This document shows, one piece after another, positions 1-13,641 of a stretch of DNA of 64,000 nt. A program made the translations under genes and the position numbers. Numbering within the stretch: the stretch's first letter is position 1; each line of letters starts with the position of its first letter. This DNA is from Intoshia linei (Eukaryota > Animalia > Orthonectida): NCBI GenBank assembly GCA_001642005.1, contig LWCA01000041.1, positions 4,128 to 68,127 of the forward strand, read 5' to 3'. A model generated the notes under the pieces. That model searched no databases, was not told the origin of the DNA, and saw only the letters and a list, made by a program, of their open reading frames with translations.

Positions 1-3000
1 CATTAAAATAACAGTAATGGATTCAACAAATTTCATGTTGGGGTCCAATAATTTCTAATCATAAAATTAATAAATAGTTTTTGCATGTATATAAAAAAGA
101 AAACGTAAAGAATTTCAGAAGAAAATATCTTCAAATATTAAACGTTTCCATTTTGAACCAGTAAAATGGTTTTTATATTTATTTATAATATTGTGTTATA
201 AACTTAAAACAATAAATTAAAATTAACGAGTAAAAAAATTGAAAGGTATATACATGAAAAAACCCTGTCGTGTTTCAGAATTTAGATACATTGGTAAAAT
301 TGAATTTCGCAATAAAACTGTATAATTCCTTTGTTAATATTTGGTAAGAGTGGGACTTTTAAGGAGTGTACATTTAATTATTTGGTTTATCTTTGGCATT
401 TAGGTTTGATAATCTGGGTTTTTATTAAATGTTTGTTGAATGGTATTTTTCTCTAAAAATGTATCAAAAAAAATTATTTTCTCCAAGTTTTAGTTATTTT
501 AGTTTAAATTTATGTTACAATATACAATTGTAAAATGTATGTAAAATATTATTCAAATTTCCTACTTTGTATTAGAGTTCTGCGACAAGTCAGAAGTTCG
601 TGTTCGGGTCATGTTGACGAGCTTTTGAAAGTTCGCGTTTCGGACCGTGGTGCACAACTCTAATTCGTACGTAGTACAAAAAAGCAACATAATAATTATA
701 TATTTATATTACTCGTCGAAGGTGTGACAAATGCAGTACTAAATTGCATAGACAACAGAGACTGAATTTCCTCAAATTGTATGGATAAGTTGGTTTCATA
801 TTCTTCAAAAAGATATTAAAAATATTGAAATTTTTACCTCTATGAGACAAATAGCATATTCATTATCTATGAAAAATTTCCTTAAAAGTTTAGGAGATCG
901 AGATATAGAAATCAAAAAATATGTGCAAGCCATTCTAGTACCCAAATTTTCACATTTTAAATGTTTTAATATGGGTCTACTTAAACTGGGTGTTTCTTTT
1001 TTAAAGCTAATAACCTACTCTAATAAAGAACATATTTTACAAATACAATACCGTATTTCTAATACTTTCGATTGATTCCGTCAAAACTGAAAAAAGTTTA
1101 TATGCATTCTGAATAAGTAAATCGGAATAACCTATATTTATTAAAAATAACTGAATTACGATTACCGTAGGTCATAAATAAATTATCCGGTTTATTTATA
1201 GGAGTAGAAGTAGAAATAGTTTGACTCAAAGTTTGTATTATATCTTCAATTGGATAAGCGTGCATACACAATTCCTGGTGACTCTTCAAAAGAGTATGCA
1301 ATATGCTTCCAGCTAAAATTCTAACAACAACATCATATTTTACATTACACAGTCGGCATAAAGTCGGAAGAGTCTAATGATAATTAAACATTATACAAAG
1401 CTTAACATATTATCATTGTCTATTATGAAACGGTGAAAGTGTATATATATTTTTGCGTTCTGTAAAGGTGGCAAGTTAATGAAAATTTAACATGGTGATT
1501 TTCATGGTGGGCAAATTGCTATTTCTTATTTATTATGCAAAAATTGTATACATATTCTTCTCGAATCGGTACCCCTTCGCGGAGATACACCTGAAACGAT
1601 GTTATAAATTATAATTACGTAAGATATAGTCAAATTTAAGAGTGTTTTATTAGAATCCGCCATGTAAAAATTAGCAAGACTAAAATAATATATACGACGT
1701 CGATTACTACATTACATGTTACATGAACGAACTTGCACAGTCATATCCACATGTTCACGGATATTATATATGAGAATTTCTGTGATATACCGTTCAGCCA
1801 CAATTACTATAAATAATTTAGAAAATAATACAAAACCAAACTTTTCATCATCATAAAGACAACATGCTTATGTTCTTGTGCTAAAATGCTCATCAAGTTC
1901 AAAGATGAAATTTGGTGCTAAAATAGTCAATATTTAAAAATTACAAATATACATTTATTTTGTCTGATAAAGTATGTTCGAAAATCTGCAGCAATATAGC
2001 ATCGTCCCATACATCGGTAGTTATAAAGTTCTATATTACATTTATAAATAAAACATGACAACTCTCGGACCTACTAACTGATGAAATTAAAATATTTTTC
2101 AGTTAAAAAATATAAATATAAGATTACATATCTAAATTTAGACTGGTATATTATGAATTCATATTTTTGATACGAATCTACCAAGATAAACAGACTCAAC
2201 ATACAGAAGTCGCTCTCAAAAGTGGTTATTCTATGAACTCTATATTATAGAGCAGTAATTCTCAACCTGTGGGACGCGGGTCATTTTGTGGCCGTTTTGA
2301 AATTGTTTTGTCCCTTTTTAAAAAATTTAATTTAAATTTATTCGTACTAAAGTAGTGTGCCAATTTCTTAAAAATATATATATTTTAACTGATGTTAGTG
2401 TAATTAATAATTACTAATTATGAATAATCTCAACAAAAAATTGCAAGGAAAAGATAAAACAATAATTGATCTTTAGGAAAAATATTATAATATTTAGAGA
2501 ACAATTAAACTTTAATTTAAAATGTATAATTTCTAAAGTACGGCTGGCTGATATTTCTTTTTCTCCACCACTTCTTCAAACAATTGTGATATTAATTTCA
2601 ACGATAAATTATTATCCTATCTTGAAGAAATACAAAATTCATTTGAATGACGATCTAAAAAATTTCTATTGGAATAATTGTTGAATTTATTCGTAGTCCT
2701 TTTTATGCAAATCTCTAAATATTCCAAGAATTTGAAAGAATGGGTATGCAAAATGCAAAACTGGAATTTATTGCCTTTAAAAATAGTTTCTCAGTAAAAG
2801 ATATTTTATACATATTGATAATAATTTACTAAATCCCATACAAAAATGGCTAATGATTAAACATAACCAACACTTTTATAAATTGCACTCATGTGTACTG
2901 GAATTATTGACATTATTTGAAACAAAATATTCATGTCAATCTGCTTTTTCGAATATAGCGTTTATTAAAAACAAATTTAAAAGTAATTTCATCTAAATCT

Positions 3001-4921
3001 AATCAATATTTGGACGTTATGATATGATTAGGAATATCACAAACTTTACCGAGATTTCAATTAGCTGCAAAAAAAGCCAAAATTCTCATTAATTGTCAAC
3101 TATTATATTTATTACAAAATTGTTAATTATCATTAATTATATAATAAATATTTCACAAATTTTTTTTAAAAATAAATTATCTAATATAAAATGAAGTACA
3201 TTAAAAATATAGTAAGTGGATTTACACTTTTTTGTTTCATAAATTTTCTAGCAATAAAATAAAAATTGTGGCCTGCGATGGTTATAAATTATTTGATATT
3301 GATAAAATGTGGTCTTTCGGAAAAATAGGTTGAGAACCCGTTATAGAGCCTATAAGGATGTTATTAAATTGAATGTGTGGCATTAAACTATTAATGTACA
3401 AAATTGTGATAAGAATTCAACGTTATTTTTGCCGATCATGCAGCATATAAACGTTTTTTCGTTATTTATTAATTTCATTAAATGGTGAAAATGCGGTTGG
3501 TATATTTTTGGTGGTTTTGGAGTTACAATCAAATTAAACAGTAAAAAATGAAGTTGTTGGACCGTTACAATATATCTAAAAGATTTGAGATAATAATATT
3601 AACTACCTGTAAATTAAATTACCCGTAAATATCAAAACTACTGTTCTCACTTTTGAGAGTAACCACATTATTAAAAATTACTTGAACCATTTCTTCATCG
3701 TGAAACATTGTGGAAAGTGTATCGCAGACCATAGGTATTATGAAACAATCCTTTTTAAACCTTTTTATCGATATCAAATTTATTAAACGGGTAAGGATTT
3801 CTTTATTATCATAAAAATATACTTTCCAATTCAATTCATTAATGCTAATGACTGCATTGATAAGATATAATATGGAAACAATCAACTTTTCATTTTCTAT
3901 TAGCAAGTATGATGACACAGTAGCCATGAAATTTTCACTTAAAAATTTTTTCGCGTTTTCAGACAACAAATTGAAATTACTTTTAAAAATAACGGTAAAT
4001 ATAGAGCAGATACATGCTTTTATTTGTGGAGATGTGTCTGTGAAATTAAAAATTTCAAATATTCTAAAATTATTATAATAATAATGCTAACAATTATTAA
4101 AAAAAATTTAAATTTTATAATAATAATTTGTAGTCATTAAAAAACGGTAATATAGGGATGTAATAAAGATCTTAAAATCTAAACATATTCTGAAATCGCC
4201 TTCTTATTTTTGAACTTTCAAAATAATATTTTTCGTGTTAATATTAATACACAACACATAACCATTATATGTGAATGAATACAATTATAATGTTATGACT
4301 CATAACTTATGAGCAACACTATACATAATATTTAGTTGTAAAAATTGGTTAAAATAACTCCCGCATTGGTCAATATGCAATAATATAGTTAAATTAGAGT
4401 GCCCATGATTTATGAATCATAACAAAATGACATGTACAGGTGGATTAGAAATAAAATTTAAATGACGGGTCGGTAGTACCGATTATTATTACCGACTCGG
4501 TACAAATTTGATAATGCCATATTTAGACTGGTATGGGTAGATAAAAGCCGGTAGCATATGGTTATACTACATATTATGTTAATATTGTTGAAGTGAGATA
4601 TAAAACAGAAGACGGCTAAATAAAGGCATATTTTTAACCAGATGCATAAACTTATGAATATTTCACAGTATATAGTTATTGTTCATATAATGTCTGCATT
4701 AAAGTGAAAATAACATACCTTATAATCATTTCCGAGTTAACTAATTTTCTGATGTTATACTCATTGCACATAATTGTATTTCTAACTTGACTAAAAGGAA
4801 TTAACTCATAAAAAGTCCAATTTTACCAAAGGCTTCCCAACCATTTATCAGGGTTATCATCCTTCAAACTTTGCAAGTTACATGTAAATGCTTCACAGGG
4901 ATTCTTCATTTCAACATCCAT
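1..4921 (-). CDS. ARMC8: Armadillo repeat-containing protein 8 (GID5/Vid28, CTLH E3 complex); multi-exon, 3' end beyond left edge
   Basis: ATG at 4921. Spliced translation MDVEMKNPCEAFTCNLQSLKDDNPDKWLGSLC|QVRNTIMCNEYNIRKLVNSEMII|RIFEIF... aligns with human ARMC8 [42 protein letters not shown]. Later exons HQISSLNLMSILAQEH (~VRMQALKCFSVLAFEN), TLPTLCRLCN (~TLPCLVRMCS) and ORFs 3619-3969 and 1098-1301 are colinear. Confidence 0.8.
573..662. mobile_element. 90-bp hAT-like MITE in ARMC8 intron
   Basis: Termini TAGAGTTCTGC...GCACAACTCTA form an imperfect TIR; internal repeat aagttcgYgtt(t)cgg occurs twice; flanks ctttgtat/attcgtac match 5/8. Confidence 0.45.
2253..3340 (+). mobile_element. Non-autonomous hAT (Buster/Charlie-type) element with transposase remnant, in ARMC8 intron
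   Basis: TIRs CAGTAATTCTCAACCT / AGGTTGAGAACCCG; perfect 8-bp TSD TTATAGAG (2245-2252, 3341-3348); remnant FETKYSCQSAFSNIAFIKNKFKS (~2915-2985) matches the hAT C-terminal dimerisation motif. Confidence 0.85.
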
Positions 4922-5052
4922 ATTAGATAAATTTAAAAATATATTTCTGTAACGTTGACTCTCTGTCAACTTGACATTATGAAGTTGAGATTAAAGACTG
5001 AAATAAACGTATCATATTAGTTTTATTTTTTATTTGCACGGTTTGTATATAT

Positions 5053-8000
5053 ATGGATGAATCAAAATTAACAAATTGGAACAAATCAACATTTTTAGGA
5101 AGATTCAAATATTTCGGTTGGCTGACAGATTCAAGAAATATTTTAAAATCAAATAAAGAGCTATATAAAGCTCGCGATATTATTAAAAATTATCAGTAAA
5201 TTTTTATTTATAAATGTATATTATATACCGTGGATTCTCACAAAAAAAATCCCGACCACTTCTCAAAGAGTAATTTTCGGGGAGATTTAGTGTAACAACT
5301 TAAATGAATTCTGTAATGTATAAATTTTGTATTCCGCTTCTTATTAAATTATTTTGAAATTGGTCCCATAAATATACAAAGTATATTATACAGTATAAAC
5401 CAACAATGCTTTATTGACCTTCATCGCTGAGTTTGCCGCACATAGATCATTAAACCAATATTTGAACAATTTTTTGATTTTGAATTTATTTTGAAACGTG
5501 GTTTATGAAATACTGTGACAAGTTAGACCAATACTAGGTAGCGAGTTCTGTGTAATTGTCAGAAATATGTACGAATTCAATGACTTTCATTTAACTTTTT
5601 AATTCGACCTTCATAAAAATGAAATTTGTTGTAAATATGAAATCTTATCGATATCTGCATTATGTTATTTTTAAATTTAAAATTAACTGGACAAGATAGC
5701 AAGTTCAGATCACAATAATTTTATGTATTTTTCATTTTATATATATTTTGTATTTGTATTTGTATACACATATTTTGTATATTATTGTATTCAGGTAAAA
5801 TTATCTATTAATTATGTATACATTACACTGTAATGATTACGAAACTTAATGTATAAAAAATAAAACCGTAATGAATATTAATTATTTAGAAATAATGAAA
5901 AAGTGAATATTAATAAAAAAGACTTATTTAAAATGAAACAACTCGAGGAATCATCTTTTCATCCAGATTCAGGAGAATTGCAAAACATATTTGGAAGAAT
6001 GTCATTTCAAATGCCTGGAAATGTTATGCTCACTGGTCTTATGTTATTTTTTTATAAGTAAGTTACAATGTACAGTGCACTGTTGTGCTTTGTGTGTAAT
6101 GTTAATGTGCGCTAGTACATATAACGTATGTATGACATTCATTGAATGTCTTATGAATTCGTGTATTTTTCACTTTACTCATCATTCTTTAGTTATATTA
6201 GGGTTGTATTATTAATACGCCAAATATTCGGTCCCTCAGCATCCATGTTGTACAGAAACCACTGCAGTTGTATATACTGTATATAATTTTACTTTATGAT
6301 TAGATCCAATTTACAAGTAGCAGTGATGCAATGGGTAAATCAATCTTTTAATTCACTTGTCAACTATACTAACAGAAATGCTAAAATTGAAGTTTCCAAG
6401 AAGTAATTACAATTTAAAGCCTACATATTCGTTTTAGAGAAATAGGAGTGTCTTATTTAGCTGCTACCACTTGTGCTGTTTCAGCTTCCTTGTTGTTCAG
6501 AAATTTTTTATTAAAGGTTATTTAAATATGTGATTGTGATAATTAATATATTAGAATGCTCCACCAATGTACCAACGATTTGTTCCAACATTTGCTGTAT
6601 TCATGGCTAATTTTATAAATATCCCTCTGACTCGACAAAAGTATAAGTGGACCATATTTATAGTTGATATATTTTATAGAGAAATTAAGCAAGGAGTTTC
6701 CCTTTTTGATGACAACAATAATGAAGTGGGTCGGTCTAAATTGGCAGCAATAAAAGGAATATCTCAGGTTTGTATTTCTAGAAACATGATTGCTCTTCCA
6801 CCCATGAGTAATTACTTTTAATATATTAACATAACATTTAATATGTAAACATGACTAAAGAACATTTTATATATAAGGGGTTTCTCAACAATATATTTAT
6901 ATTATTATTACATTTATTATGTATTATAATAATATTTTGCGGGACCATGGTTCCACAGTTCTGATTTTTCCATAAGATTCATTTATGTATTAAACATATA
7001 TTTTTCTCAAATAATTCCTAGTTAAGAAACCATAATATAGTGTTCCTTTTGAGAACATTTTAATTGAATAAAGTGTTTTAGTTATAATTGTGATATATTA
7101 AATAGAATTTAGTTTTATTAATGTTATTTAGTTTGTGTTCCTCTTTTAATGGAACGCCTTGAAAAATTTAAAATATTTAAGAAAAATAAAAGCCTAGCGT
7201 TTATCACACAATTGGTTATACTTGGATCAATGTAATTTATTTTATTCATGAAAATACTTAATTTATGAATGGAATCAAATATTGTTTTGATGTAATATCG
7301 ATTCTCAGTAATAAAATTAATTTTCACATTTACAATGCGTAGTGTATATTATAATTATAATATGTAATTATTTATAATTCATATAAAGTGAGTTACTAGG
7401 GCTATTCCATTTTTGAAATGTAAAAAATATATGTATAAGTAATGATTCACATTTGGTGCAGAATCATATAAATATTTTTTTCGTTTTTGTCTAAAAAAAC
7501 CCACATCTTTACCTTTTTCATAGCAACATTTTTCTCTTAGTTTCAAATTGAAACTTTCAATCTTTTTTCCTAATATTCGTATATGTCATAGACAACATGA
7601 CACTACTAATGTAATTATGTGGATTAACAATATAATATATTCTAGTCACAGTTACATTTTGCAGACTTTTTTATAAAATTATGTAATCTCAAAAAACAAC
7701 ATGCATTTATTTGAACTGGGTAAAAATATTTAAAATACTTATATTTACAGTGAGTGGGCTTGTTTAGTATGAGAAAAACTTTTTTCTATGGTATTAAATA
7801 AAATAATACGAAGACACTGTATTTGAAGCAAGACATTATTTCCGTGTTTCATGCGCATTCAATGAATTTAGTGTACAAAGCCTAGATTCACACATACTAA
7901 ACAAGGCACCGCTCACTGTTAATTATTTTTCAGTAGTAAAAGTAATTTTATCAACTTTCAAAAATCATACATTATAATTCATCATTTTGTGAATATTTTA

Positions 8001-8443
8001 TTACCGTAAAACGATTAAATTTTCAAATCATTTCTATATTCGAATAATTCGATATTGTTGCAATATAAATTAAATTATCACTACCCAGAATTACCATCAA
8101 AATAAAATTTTTAAATGAAGAGACGCGGGTTTCACTTTATGGCCAAAATGAAAAATATTTGTCATTAAATGCATCTCATTTTCTATGAATTTTTATCATT
8201 TAAAAATAGTCCAAAATGAAATAGCACTATTAGTTATATTTAAAACATTTTTAACTTACTGTTATTTAGGCTTATTGTGTCTGTTCCATTTGGTTGTGCT
8301 ATATTTCCCCAAAAATGGTAAAATATTATAAATAATTTTGAATTGTATTTAGTACGATTAATTCAAAATTTGCAACATTTAATAATGAAGAGGACAAAAA
8401 TAAAAATAACAAAAAAATACTTTATTTTAATAAAGGCTTATGA
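5053..8443 (+). CDS. SFXN2: Sideroflexin (SFXN2-like mitochondrial carrier), multi-exon
   Basis: MDESKLTNWNKSTFLGRFKYF..., HPDSGELQNIFGRMSFQMPGN, QWVNQSFNSLVNYTNRNA, GRSKLAAIKGISQVCISR and C-terminal YFNKGL* (TGA 8441-8443) are sideroflexin hallmarks; GRMSFQ.PG is SFXN2-like. Confidence 0.9.
7748..7918. mobile_element. Tc1/mariner-like MITE in SFXN2 intron
   Basis: ~26-bp TIR cagtgagtggg-cttgtttagtatg versus reverse complement of catactaaacaaggcaccgctcactg; TA on the left flank, TT on the right. Confidence 0.6.
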
Positions 8444-8448
8444 TTTAT

Positions 8449-11400
8449 TTAACTATTGATTAATTTAAAGTCTCTGGCTATGGTAGTGGGCATATAATGC
8501 ATATAATCTACCTACATAATAATTGATGAAAACATGAAATAAATAAGCAAATACATGCGTGATCTTGGAAAGCATCATCAACGAACATTCAAAATTTTCA
8601 ATAGAAAATACCAAATTTGGAACATATTGTGGTTGAATTTTAACATTTTTTTTCTAAAAATATAATTTTGGTTAATTAAAAAAAGTAACTTGTATATCAA
8701 TAAGAATTTCATAAATAAACATGGTCAGTTTAGATCCAATAACTTTTATACACTTTTCCAGTTTATTCGTATAAAGCTTTTTATTCATTGATATCTACAA
8801 TGTATTACATGTAAAGTATATTATATTTTGATACCTGCTTAATGATAATAATCAATAATTTATAAAATTTAATTAGGGAGTTAAGAATATTTGATACGTT
8901 TTTTTCTAAACAAATTTTTAAAACATTGCTATAAGCATTTGCCATCATAGCAAATCTTATAAACAGTTGATCATATAATTGACTAGTATTCTTCAAATTC
9001 GATATATGTTCTACAATAAATTGTGCAGATGAAATTTCTATATTCATTGCATCTATCCAAACAGCCAACAAAACTGTAAAATGGGCTTTGTTCAAATTGG
9101 CAAATTTGATTGGGTTTCTACTGGAGAATTTCTGAGAGCATATCAATTGAGTATCCGGATTCTAATTACGCTAAATAAAATTGAATTACATTCAAAATAC
9201 CTCTTCCAAGTTTACCAATTTCGCAAATGACATGGCCATATCATATATAATTCTTATATTAATATCGCAATACCTGGAAACGTGAAGTAATGTTTCAAAA
9301 AGTTGCTTTGATACGGTCTTTGATGCTACTTAACTAATTTAACATAAAAACAACATTACCTATGTGAAATACAGTCGATATTTTGTACAAAGTTTTATAA
9401 ACGTCTACAACAATTGGATTGTCGTCATCAAATAGAACGATAAACTTTACAACAAGCTTTAACAAATTACAAATTTGAGAACTTAATGATTTTGTATATT
9501 TTGAATCGTTTTTGTTAAAAATGGTAGACAAAATGTTAATTATGTATACCACAAAGAATTCTAGTGATGTTTTGTATGTATCGCTTATGGGTTTGCAAAT
9601 ATTTGTATTGAATAAACCATCCAAATATGTATCTAAAACAGATGATCCCATGTTGAATGAAATTATAGAGGAATTACAGAGAATATCAAGGTACACACAA
9701 TTAAATTTTCTAATTTTATCATGAATTAAATTATTGGTGATTTGAGAAAAATTTTGAGATTCATTGACTTTTATGAGTTGGTGATGTTTATAATTCTCCA
9801 ATTTGTTGAATTCCATCATAAGCAAACGTACAATATTGGATAATGATATTATATTGGCGGATTCTACATACCGATTAATAAGTGAGCCTTTAAATTTTCT
9901 CAATTTAATAATAGCATTTAATAAACAATTTAAAATGAAACCAAAACAATCAATGGACAGTTGATCAATCTCCATTACCTCATCAATTGAGATAAAAATG
10001 TTTTTAAAAAAACAATAACATGTATTTAACACAATATCGTGTGGAATCAGATATAGAGATAAACAAGACACATTTTCGTCTCCAAAAATAAAGGAAGTTG
10101 ATTTTTTGCTGCTAAAATACTCTCTATATTTTTCATATAATTCTAAACCACTTTTGAAACAATCATTTGAGAAACAATACAACATAGTAGAAAGTATGCA
10201 CCTATAGAATAGTTTACTTGTCATATTTTCGTCTGAATTTTTCATTAGTTTTGATATGATTACATCCATAAATATCTCGATAAAATTTAAATTTTCAGAT
10301 TGTTTCGTAATACTTTTTTTTCTCAATATTAAACAATTTGTAGATGCTAGTATAATTACATCGATAAGATTAATTTCCTTTTTAATCTTTTCGTCAATAA
10401 TATAATTGTCCAAAAATTTTGATTCAAAATCAGTATCTGTGGTCGCATTAGAAAAAAACTTTAAAATACGATTTTTCAAAATATAGAACAGTTCTGTAAA
10501 GAGATGAGAATTTCTATATAATATAACACCAATATTGAGATAAAAAAACAATCGCATTGACTGAAATTTGTCAATATTTATTTCAATCGCTAATATTATG
10601 TCACTGCACAAAATTTGGCGATCATCATTTTTCAATAAATCACAGAATTGAGATGGTAGGGTTTTCTGAATTGATATTTGACTTGCTTGACTGCAAGCTA
10701 AACTTGATTCTAATTTAAAATTGCACAAGATTCCAATAAACCCATACATCGATAACAATTGTTGTTCAAAGGCGCTTTTATGTGAAAGTTCAATCAATTT
10801 ATTTAAAATTTCTATTCTACATGTAGCCACATATCGAAAAATAGACTGCATAGCATCAATAAAATGACAAGAAACAATTATATCAAATTTTTCGAAAGAT
10901 TTTAAGTTTGTCTCAATAGTAGAAACCACATGTCGTGTGCACAATTCAGAAGCTTCCGATACTAAATATCTGAAAATATCCTTAAACACAAAAATATTAC
11001 TCTCATCATTGGAAACTAACCTATCCAAAACACTATCCATTAGTTGAGTTCGTAAATATCTATGATTTTCAAAAATCCTCATGATGCATTTGACCGAAAA
11101 ATTGACGACTACGTGATTATAATTTTTAGGACTGCCATTATTCACAATAAAATTAATAGGTGTTTCAATAGGGTGTTTTTTTATTATATCAAAGCAAAGA
11201 ATTACAAAGTTTGAATCAAATCTTTCAATTTTTTCAAGGAAAACATCAATTATTGTTGTAGAGAAGCTATTTATTAAATGGAAAATCTCAATGCAATTGG
11301 ATTTAGTCCAATGATTGAACCTTAAATCCATCTCCACTGAAAACCAGTTGCTTAAAATTTTAGTACAGTAGTTTATATTATTTTTGCTACAACCCACACG

Positions 11401-12207
11401 ACACACTGATAGATATATAATAAAAAGTATCACATTTTCAACGTTCAAATTTGTATATCTTTGAGTTTGGTATAAATCACAAAACGACTCAAACAAATAA
11501 AAATCACTATTTAACGTTTTAACCAGTAACACCATACTGTCAATAAATACATCCTCTGAGAATATTTCATCCGAATATTCGTGTAAAATCCTACTTTTTT
11601 CTGAAATTTGTATCGTTATGTGCACAATTGTCATAAAATTTTTGATACAATTTATTTTCTGAGTAGAAAGAAGTATAGGAGCTAGAACCTCGACGTATAA
11701 TCGAAAATTTTCAGAACGGTTCAATATAGAATTAACTTTACCTATTAATTTATTCAGATTGGAAGAACTTAACTCCATGTCCGAAAGAATGTTTACAAAC
11801 AATAAAACATTTGATTCAGACCAGTTTATTTTCATAATAGTATTAGCTACAGTATTTATATCCTCTTCTTTCCATGTAATTTGTTGTATGCAAGTTTTAA
11901 CCATTTTCCGAATAGCTTTCATTTCGCCACACCGAAATTTCTTTTCTGACTGTAATGGTTCTTTTGTTTGAGAAATACTATTCAATGAAATATTAGTATC
12001 CTGTTCTCTTAAAATCGACCCCAAATTAATCGTCACGTCTCTGTCAACTCCAATCACAAACTTTAATAAATCATCAAAAAAAGATATCACACTAAATTTT
12101 CTTTTCTCTAGTTTGAGGTCCAGATAACTATACTTGTCTGAAGCATCGATTACCATTTCTAACTGACTAATCACATCATCAAATGTTTTAACTACAATTT
12201 CATTCAT
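8449..12207 (-). CDS. FANCI: Fanconi anemia group I protein; large first exon (~9358-12207) plus small 3' exons
   Basis: 957-aa ORF contains GFIGILCNFKLESSLACSQASQ (human [22 protein letters not shown]). Spliced C-terminus VPNLVFSIENFECSLMMLSK|VDYMHYMPTTIARDFKL* matches human [40 protein letters not shown]; stop at 8449-8451. Confidence 0.9.
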
Positions 12208-12222
12208 TCAAATTTCCGCCAA
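12207..12222 (-). promoter_or_regulatory. E2F/CDE-CHR tandem element (DREAM-binding type) at the FANCI start
   Basis: Minus strand reads TTGGCG-GAAA-TTTGAA: GC-rich CDE/E2F box, 4-nt spacer, canonical CHR. The last A is the A of the FANCI ATG. Confidence 0.6.
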
Positions 12223-12355
12223 AAAAACTTTATTAAAATTAATATCAATCTTAGCAATTGAATGTGGTGCAAATTATTTATTGATTATTATTATATACAT
12301 GTAATATATTAATCAATATTGTCGCGCAATTACATAATGTGCATTTTGATTTGAT

Positions 12356-13400
12356 ATGAATTATGAAGATGTAAATATGGAAGAAATATATAGCAATGCC
12401 AAGACTGAAAAGTTGAAACCGAAAATAACAAACTACGAATGGTCACAAACTAAAATTATTAAAGATGAGGATACTGCAAGAATGACGAATTGTTACGAAT
12501 ACATACCTCGTAGCATAAGTGTGGTGAATAATATAAGAATGATACACTCCGAGCCGATTGAAAATATGAATGTTTTATAAATATTTATGGCAATTATAAT
12601 GAATGATTTAGATTTTACAAACTATAAAAAATAAAATAAATACATCATTAACAATATTTTCTAGTATAACATATATTGACATATAATATTTTAGGTAAAC
12701 CTAGATCTATAAAAATAGAAGAAATTCTACACTACCGTAGAATAATGTTGTTTAAATTACATTCTGTAATGAAATTCCCTTCAAAATGTCATGTTTTTTA
12801 GATAAAACGTATGAAATTTACATCAAAAACAAGTCAATATACAAGGAATCAATTAAATAATATTATTTCTGTATCTAATAAAGAGGTAACACCAATATAT
12901 AACCACTATTCATGAGGTCCAAAATATTTATAACTATTTCCGTGTCTAATATTTAAACAATTAGAATTGCAATATGGAAGATTTAACTGTATTTATGAAT
13001 GATTTAATTAAGGGTATATAAATAAACTTATAATTTCCTAATTGAAAAATAGAAATTGGAAAAGCAATGGAAAAATCTTTAATTGAATTTAACGAACAAA
13101 AGTGTATCAATGAAGCTTACATTTTACAAATTGATGACATAGAATACCGATATAACATTGAAAGATAGAATGTTAATAAACTATACCAGTATACCTCGTA
13201 TTTTTGGTATTATGAAAATAATTGGTTTTGGTTTGCAACAAATAATAGAGATAAGTTTGAAGTTATCCATAGGGTCTAGGATTTTGAAATGTGTAATTAA
13301 CATCTTCGTTGAACAAAGCTTGTCGATTTCAATGATACGCAAATGAACCTTGTTTACTCATGGAAGCTATTTCATTTTCTTATCATATTTATTTTTAAGG
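12356..13400 (+). CDS. Uncharacterised multi-exon gene, divergent from FANCI; 3' end approximate
   Basis: 74-aa ORF from ATG 12356 followed by exon-like segments bounded by GT..AG (~12695, ~12801, ~13053). No family recognised. Confidence 0.4.
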
Positions 13401-13641
13401 TGTAAATTTTTTAAACTAAAACCCACATTTTGTCGTGACTAATATATATTTATACACAAAATGTAAATAAAAAATTTTTAATCAGATCTGTAAGGGATTT
13501 TCACGGATATATTTTTAATAAAGTTAAATTAGTATATCAAATAAAACTTGGTTGTTAATATATAAGATTAAAAATTCCCACTTTAAAGGAATAATATAAA
13601 ATTCAATATAATAATAACAAATGGTAGATTTATTTTACATA

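Noticed and set aside
6876-7034. Possible hAT MITE (ggtttctcaac...gttaagaaacc)
   Set aside because: TIRs are degenerate and there is no convincing TSD.
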